DNA from: Segatella copri | GTDB lineage: Bacteria > Bacteroidota > Bacteroidia > Bacteroidales > Bacteroidaceae | Length of the DNA stretch: 64,000 nucleotides | NCBI GenBank assembly: GCA_959596915.1 | Contig: CAUFXJ010000010.1 | Location: forward strand, 34,740-98,739 | Reading direction: 5' to 3' | In this document: piece after piece, positions 59,293-64,000 of the stretch | Layout of the letters: each line of letters starts with the position of its first letter | How positions within the stretch are numbered: position 1 is the first letter of the stretch | Translations under genes and position numbers: made by a program | Notes under the pieces: model-generated | The model's input: only the letters and a program-made list of their open reading frames with translations | What the model was told of the DNA's origin: nothing | The model's database searches: none

Positions 59293-62200
59293 ATGCAAAA
59301 AAATCAATTTACCCCTAGCGCTTGCCGCTGGATTTTGCTAGGTTGTTGCCTCACCCCTCCATCACTTGCCTCGATACAGGCACAGAATGTGAATGGGAAC
59401 GCAGCAGCCCAAACAGAAATTACTGTCAAGCAAGGAGTGATAGAGGGAAAAGTTTTCGATAGCGGTGACCATGAACCCATGATTGGTGTAACCGTAGCTA
59501 TCGAAGGTACAACCAACGCCGTAACGACAGACATCGACGGACACTTCGAACTGCCTGTCAGGAAAGAGTGCAACATCGTACTCTCCTTCATCGGCTATAA
59601 AAAGACAATAATCCGATTTACAGGCAGTAACCATGGCGACTTTGCCCGCATCATGATGAAATCTGAAGCCCAGAGTATCAAGGATGTGGTGGTTACAGGT
59701 GTGTACCGACGCAAGAAGGAAAGCTTTACAGGTTCTTCGGCTACCTTCAAGGGCGATGAACTCAAGAGCGTAGGTGCACAGAACGTGCTCCAAAGTCTGA
59801 AGACCCTGGACCCATCTTTCAAGATTATGGACAACGCACTCTCAGGATCTAACCCTAACAAGATGCCTGACGTGGAAATCCGTGGCAAGTCGAGCGTGGC
59901 GGGACTGAAGGAGGAATACGGTTCCGACCCTAACCAGCCGCTCTTTATTCTGGATGGCTTCGAAACAACCCTGGAAACCGTGATGAACCTCAACATGAAC
60001 CGCGTAGCATCGGTTACGCTGCTCAAGGATGCCGCATCTACAGCCATCTATGGTTCAAAAGCTGCCAACGGTGTGGTTGTTATCGAGACCAAAGCACCGG
60101 TAAAGGGTAAGCTGCAGATTTCATATAAGGGCGACTACAGTCTGGATTTCGCTGACCTTTCAGACTACAATCTGATGAACTCCCGCGAAAAGTTGGAGTT
60201 CGAAAAACTGGCAGGCGTATACAAGGACAATACCAATGATCCGTTCAACCAGATCAAGTTGGATAATCTCTACAATTCCCGTCTGCGCGATATCGAGCAG
60301 GGCGTAGATACCTACTGGCTCAGTGTGCCTCTGCGCACCGGATTCACCCATAAGCACAACGTATATGCCGAAGGTGGAGAAGGCAACGTGAGATACGGAC
60401 TGGGACTTAACTTCGGACAGGTGAACGGCGTGATGAAGGGCTCAGACCGCCAGACTCTGGGCGGAAACCTCGACCTGATTTACCGCACCGGCAAATTCCA
60501 GTTCAGTAACAAACTCTCCATCGACTATCTGGAGACCAACAACCCGACCGTTAGTTTCTCGGAATATGCCTATGCCAACCCATATTACAGAAAGTATGGG
60601 GCCGACGGCAAAATCAACAAGTATCTTTACTATCCGGAAGAGGGGCTGAATGACAACCCTGTATCAAACCCACTCTGGAATGCGCATCTCAACAACTACG
60701 ACAAGGGACAGCGTTTCGGCTTTACCAACAACTTCATCGCCGAATGGTTTGCTACAGATGATCTCCGTGTGCGTGGCAAGTTCGGTATCACCAAGTATGA
60801 TGATACCCAGGACAAGCGCCTCTCGCCAGAGCATACCGATTTCGATGACCAGGAAGCAACCCAGAAGGGACTGTTCAAGCACAGCCTGCAGAAATATCTC
60901 TACTACGAAGGCGACCTTTCTGCCACCTACGGCAAGCTGATAGCAGAGAAGCATCAGATAAACGCCGTATTGGGTTTCAACTTCAGCAATACCACCAGCA
61001 AGACCAATGGCTACTCAGCCACCGGTTTTACCGACGACCAGTTTGATGCCCCATCCTTTGCCAACAACTACCCTACAGGCGGCAAACCAAGCTACAGCGA
61101 AAACATCAAGCATGCCTCCAGTTTCTATCTGAACGGTGGCTATGCCTACGACAACCGCTATCTGCTGGACTTCAACCTGCGCAACGATGGTGCCTCAATG
61201 TTTGGCACCGACAACCGGTTCCGTACCACCTGGTCAGTAGGTCTGGGTTGGAATATCCACAACGAAGAATGGATGCAGGAGAACGGCATCTTCCAGATGC
61301 TCAAGCTGCGTGCCTCAGTGGGTAATCCGGGCAACCAGAACTTCTCTGCCTATCAGGCTTATACCACCTATATGTTCAACAGTCTGATGACCAACGTATT
61401 CGGTACCGGTGTCATCATCAACAGCTTGGGCAACAACGATCTGGCATGGCAGGAGACCATCAACTACAACGTGGGAGCCGATATCACCACGCTGGGCAAC
61501 CGACTGAATCTGACGCTTGATTACTACATCAAGAACACCGACCCATTGCTCGCCATCATCACCACCCCAGGTTCTATGGGTGTAACGAGCGAGGCTCTGA
61601 ATGCCGGTAAGCAGAAGACCAACGGATGGGAAGCCACCATCAAGTTCTCTCCTATTTATATGCCTCATGAGCGCATCAACTGGAATATCTCGCTGAGTGC
61701 CACCCACTCCAAGTCGAAATATGCCAACATAGGCAATGCCTTCAGCGCACTGAACGAGAGCGGAAAGACTGGACTTCACAACACCACCCGCTATTACGAC
61801 GGCGGTAGTCCTACCGCCATCTGGGCAGTACGCTCTGCGGGCATCGATCCTGCCACAGGTAAGGAGCTGTTCATCAAGCGCGACGGCACCTATTCGTTTA
61901 CCTATGATGCCAGCGACGAGGTAGTATGCGGCGATACCGAGCCGGATGTAGAAGGCTTGCTGGGAACCACCTTCTATTACAAGGGATTCTCATTCAGCTG
62001 TTTCTTCCGCTACCAGTATGGCGGCCAGCTCTTCAACAGTTCGCTCTTCGACAAGGTAGAGAACATCGGAACAGCCGACATCTACAACAACCAGGACCGC
62101 CGTGCCCTCTACGACCGCTGGAGCATCAACAACCGCAATGCCCAGTTCAAGGGCATCTCGATGGTACAGAAGACCGACAAGTCATCCCGCTTCGTAATGG

Positions 62201-62400
62201 ATGAGAATACACTTACGTGCGAGTCAATCAATCTGGGTTACGAATTTCCGCTCAACATCGCCAAGAAGTTTGGCATGCAAGCTCTTTCCGTTCAGGCCAA
62301 CATGAACGACATCTTCCGTTGGTCAACTGTAAAGGCTGAGCGAGGCATCGACTATCCGTTTGCCCGTACCGTGTCATTCTCAATAGGTGCAACATTCTAA
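59293..62400 (+). CDS. susC: SusC/RagA-family TonB-dependent outer membrane transporter
   Basis: Signal peptide, N-terminal carboxypeptidase-regulatory-like domain, a TonB box region, a 22-strand barrel-sized body and a C-terminal aromatic residue. Overlaps the susD start. Confidence 0.9.
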   Translation: MQKNQFTPSACRWILLGCCLTPPSLASIQAQNVNGNAAAQTEITVKQGVIEGKVFDSGDHEPMIGVTVAIEGTTNAVTTDIDGHFELPVRKECNIVLSFIGYKKTIIRFTGSNHGDFARIMMKSEAQSIKDVVVTGVYRRKKESFTGSSATFKGDELKSVGAQNVLQSLKTLDPSFKIMDNALSGSNPNKMPDVEIRGKSSVAGLKEEYGSDPNQPLFILDGFETTLETVMNLNMNRVASVTLLKDAASTAIYGSKAANGVVVIETKAPVKGKLQISYKGDYSLDFADLSDYNLMNSREKLEFEKLAGVYKDNTNDPFNQIKLDNLYNSRLRDIEQGVDTYWLSVPLRTGFTHKHNVYAEGGEGNVRYGLGLNFGQVNGVMKGSDRQTLGGNLDLIYRTGKFQFSNKLSIDYLETNNPTVSFSEYAYANPYYRKYGADGKINKYLYYPEEGLNDNPVSNPLWNAHLNNYDKGQRFGFTNNFIAEWFATDDLRVRGKFGITKYDDTQDKRLSPEHTDFDDQEATQKGLFKHSLQKYLYYEGDLSATYGKLIAEKHQINAVLGFNFSNTTSKTNGYSATGFTDDQFDAPSFANNYPTGGKPSYSENIKHASSFYLNGGYAYDNRYLLDFNLRNDGASMFGTDNRFRTTWSVGLGWNIHNEEWMQENGIFQMLKLRASVGNPGNQNFSAYQAYTTYMFNSLMTNVFGTGVIINSLGNNDLAWQETINYNVGADITTLGNRLNLTLDYYIKNTDPLLAIITTPGSMGVTSEALNAGKQKTNGWEATIKFSPIYMPHERINWNISLSATHSKSKYANIGNAFSALNESGKTGLHNTTRYYDGGSPTAIWAVRSAGIDPATGKELFIKRDGTYSFTYDASDEVVCGDTEPDVEGLLGTTFYYKGFSFSCFFRYQYGGQLFNSSLFDKVENIGTADIYNNQDRRALYDRWSINNRNAQFKGISMVQKTDKSSRFVMDENTLTCESINLGYEFPLNIAKKFGMQALSVQANMNDIFRWSTVKAERGIDYPFARTVSFSIGATF

Positions 62401-63859
62401 AAAGCAAGAAATGAAAAAGATATTATATACAATGATTTTAGCCTGCAGCACGATGATGGTATCGTGCGACAGCTGGTTGGAAGTGAAACCATACGACAAG
62501 ATATCGGAGGGCGAGCTTCAGAAATCAGAAGAAGGCTACCAGAAAATGCTCAATGGTATCTATATCGACCTCAACAGCGATGCACTCTACGGCCAGTCGC
62601 TGTCGGTAGAGATGATTGAGGTGATGGGTGGTGCATACGCCATCGGTACCGACAACAGCGTATGGGGCAACTACAAAGACCTCTCCAACTACCAGTATGG
62701 CACAGAATACTGGCGCAACCGCCTGGACCAGACCTGGAACAAGGCTTATGCGCTGATTCTGAACTGCAACAAGATTCTGGAAAGTATCGACCAGAACCAA
62801 GATCTCTTTATAGGCGGCAACTATTATGCCGTAAAGGGAGAAGCACTGGCACTGAGAGCGATGCTGCACTTCGACATGCTGCGCCTCTTCGGTCCGGTTT
62901 ATGCCAAGGACAGCGATAAGAAGGCGATACCTTATTATAATAAGCAGACCAACAGTCCGGAGCCTATCCTCACAGCTAAAGAGGTGGCAGAAAAGGTGGT
63001 TGCCGACCTGGAGGAAGCCCGCATCCTGCTTGCCAACGACCCGGTGAAAACAGAAGGAACCCTGATGAGCGGTTCGCAGGACGGTACCAGCAACTTCATG
63101 CGCTACCGTGCTCTCCGGCTCAACTACTATGCCGTAGAGGCCCTTCTGGCTCGTGTGAATCTCTATATGGGCAATAAGACCGAAGCGTTCAAGTATGCCA
63201 CCGATGTCATCAAGACTGCCGACCAGGGCATCTTCCCATTCGTAGACAAGAGTCTGGTTATAGGTTCGCCAGCCGACCCTGACCGCATCTTCTCTTCAGA
63301 GGTTCTGTTTGCACTGACCAACACCAGCCGCAGCAAGATTCACAAGAATTTCTACGATCCGTCACGATTGCCAAACTATGTGTTCCGCATGGACGATAAC
63401 CTGATGAGCAACATCGTATATGGCGGTGCAGCGACAACCGGCGGCTATCAGGACGACTACCGTTACCGTGCCAACTGGATAGCAACAGGCAGCAACCGTT
63501 ATTTCTACAAGTATAGCGATATGGTGGCTAACGGAAGCATCCAGAACACGATGATTCCGATGATACGTCTGGGTGAGATGTTCCTCATTGCAGCCGAGAG
63601 CCAGAGCGACGATCTGGCAAAGGGAGTACAGTATGTCAACGCCCTGCGCAGAAACCGTGGTGTGGCAAACCTTCAGACCCTGACTCCTGATTTGCTGAAG
63701 TATGAGTACATCCGCGAGTTGTATGGCGAAGGCCAGCTGTTCTATCTCTACAAGCGATTGAACAGCGACATCATCACCTCTTCTAACGCGAACAAGAATC
63801 CAAAGGCAAGCGACCTCATCTTCGTGGTTCCACTGCCTGACTCTGAGACAGAGAACTAG
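62387..63859 (+). CDS. susD: RagB/SusD-family nutrient-binding outer membrane lipoprotein
   Basis: Lipobox (MMVSCDSW), TPR-like N-terminal helices, ~490 aa. Immediately downstream of SusC. Confidence 0.85.
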   Translation: MQHSKKQEMKKILYTMILACSTMMVSCDSWLEVKPYDKISEGELQKSEEGYQKMLNGIYIDLNSDALYGQSLSVEMIEVMGGAYAIGTDNSVWGNYKDLSNYQYGTEYWRNRLDQTWNKAYALILNCNKILESIDQNQDLFIGGNYYAVKGEALALRAMLHFDMLRLFGPVYAKDSDKKAIPYYNKQTNSPEPILTAKEVAEKVVADLEEARILLANDPVKTEGTLMSGSQDGTSNFMRYRALRLNYYAVEALLARVNLYMGNKTEAFKYATDVIKTADQGIFPFVDKSLVIGSPADPDRIFSSEVLFALTNTSRSKIHKNFYDPSRLPNYVFRMDDNLMSNIVYGGAATTGGYQDDYRYRANWIATGSNRYFYKYSDMVANGSIQNTMIPMIRLGEMFLIAAESQSDDLAKGVQYVNALRRNRGVANLQTLTPDLLKYEYIRELYGEGQLFYLYKRLNSDIITSSNANKNPKASDLIFVVPLPDSETEN

Positions 63860-63900
63860 TTAAGAGTTTATAGTTAAGACTAATTATATACGATTTTTAT

Positions 63901-64000
63901 ATGAAATATCAGATAAAGACTCTATTGATTGGAGCGATGGCAGCCCTATCTCTAGGCTCATGTAGCGAACAGGAACCGGATGTTTTTCAGAACATTAACG
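63901..64000 (+). CDS. lipoprotein, 5' partial (window end); possible PUL-associated surface protein
   Basis: ATG at 63901, MKYQIKTLLIGAMAALSLGSCSEQ.. lipobox. Truncated by the window end. Confidence 0.4.
   Translation, partial: MKYQIKTLLIGAMAALSLGSCSEQEPDVFQNIN

Noticed and set aside
1-64000. CRISPR arrays, tRNA/rRNA genes
   Set aside because: No regularly spaced direct repeats with unique spacers were seen. The repeat clusters found are irregular, palindromic or in coding DNA. No cloverleaf-compatible tRNA-like segments or rRNA-like conserved blocks were recognised by eye; a tRNAscan/Infernal run would be needed to exclude them.

Overview
This is a Bacteroidales chromosomal segment; the SusC/SusD pair, Nqr operon, GGGtGRT protein and T9SS-type C-terminal sorting domain suggest a Prevotella-like genome. 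About 85% of it is ordinary core genes, with a degenerate accessory/mobile island at ~50.2-58.9 kb.

Core content:
- a NifU-like/GGGtGRT pair
- an oligosaccharide flippase
- rpsP, an rpoZ-like gene, bamD and uvrB
- yigZ, a DUF1015 gene, serA-serC and a DEAD-box helicase
- a glycogen cluster: a eukaryote-type GH13 branching enzyme with a histone-H1-like tail, next to an unusual CBM20-CBM20-HAD phosphatase fusion
- mltG, an ACT/UPF0210 pair, an FGGY kinase and aspS
- an ECF sigma/anti-sigma/periplasmic module beside an L,D-transpeptidase
- galE, class-3 FBPase and a Wzi-like outer membrane protein
- the complete nqrABCDEF operon and tamB

The island at ~50.2-58.9 kb carries an Rpn-family nuclease/transposase plus a duplicated 3' fragment, a GGTGAAGGG iteron-like array, a small HTH-like gene, a VirE/P4-type primase-NTPase with downstream tandem repeats, DUF4248, a DUF1703 AAA-ATPase/PD-(D/E)XK protein, an HU-family protein with a tandem-repeat-encoded G/T tail, a 29-aa transmembrane peptide immediately upstream of an Amidase_2 peptidoglycan amidase, and a 'ghost' copy of the HU locus flanks with the HU gene precisely absent. 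A SusC/SusD pair follows.

Several dispersed palindromic/terminator repeat families recur across the window. No rRNA, tRNA or CRISPR array was recognised.
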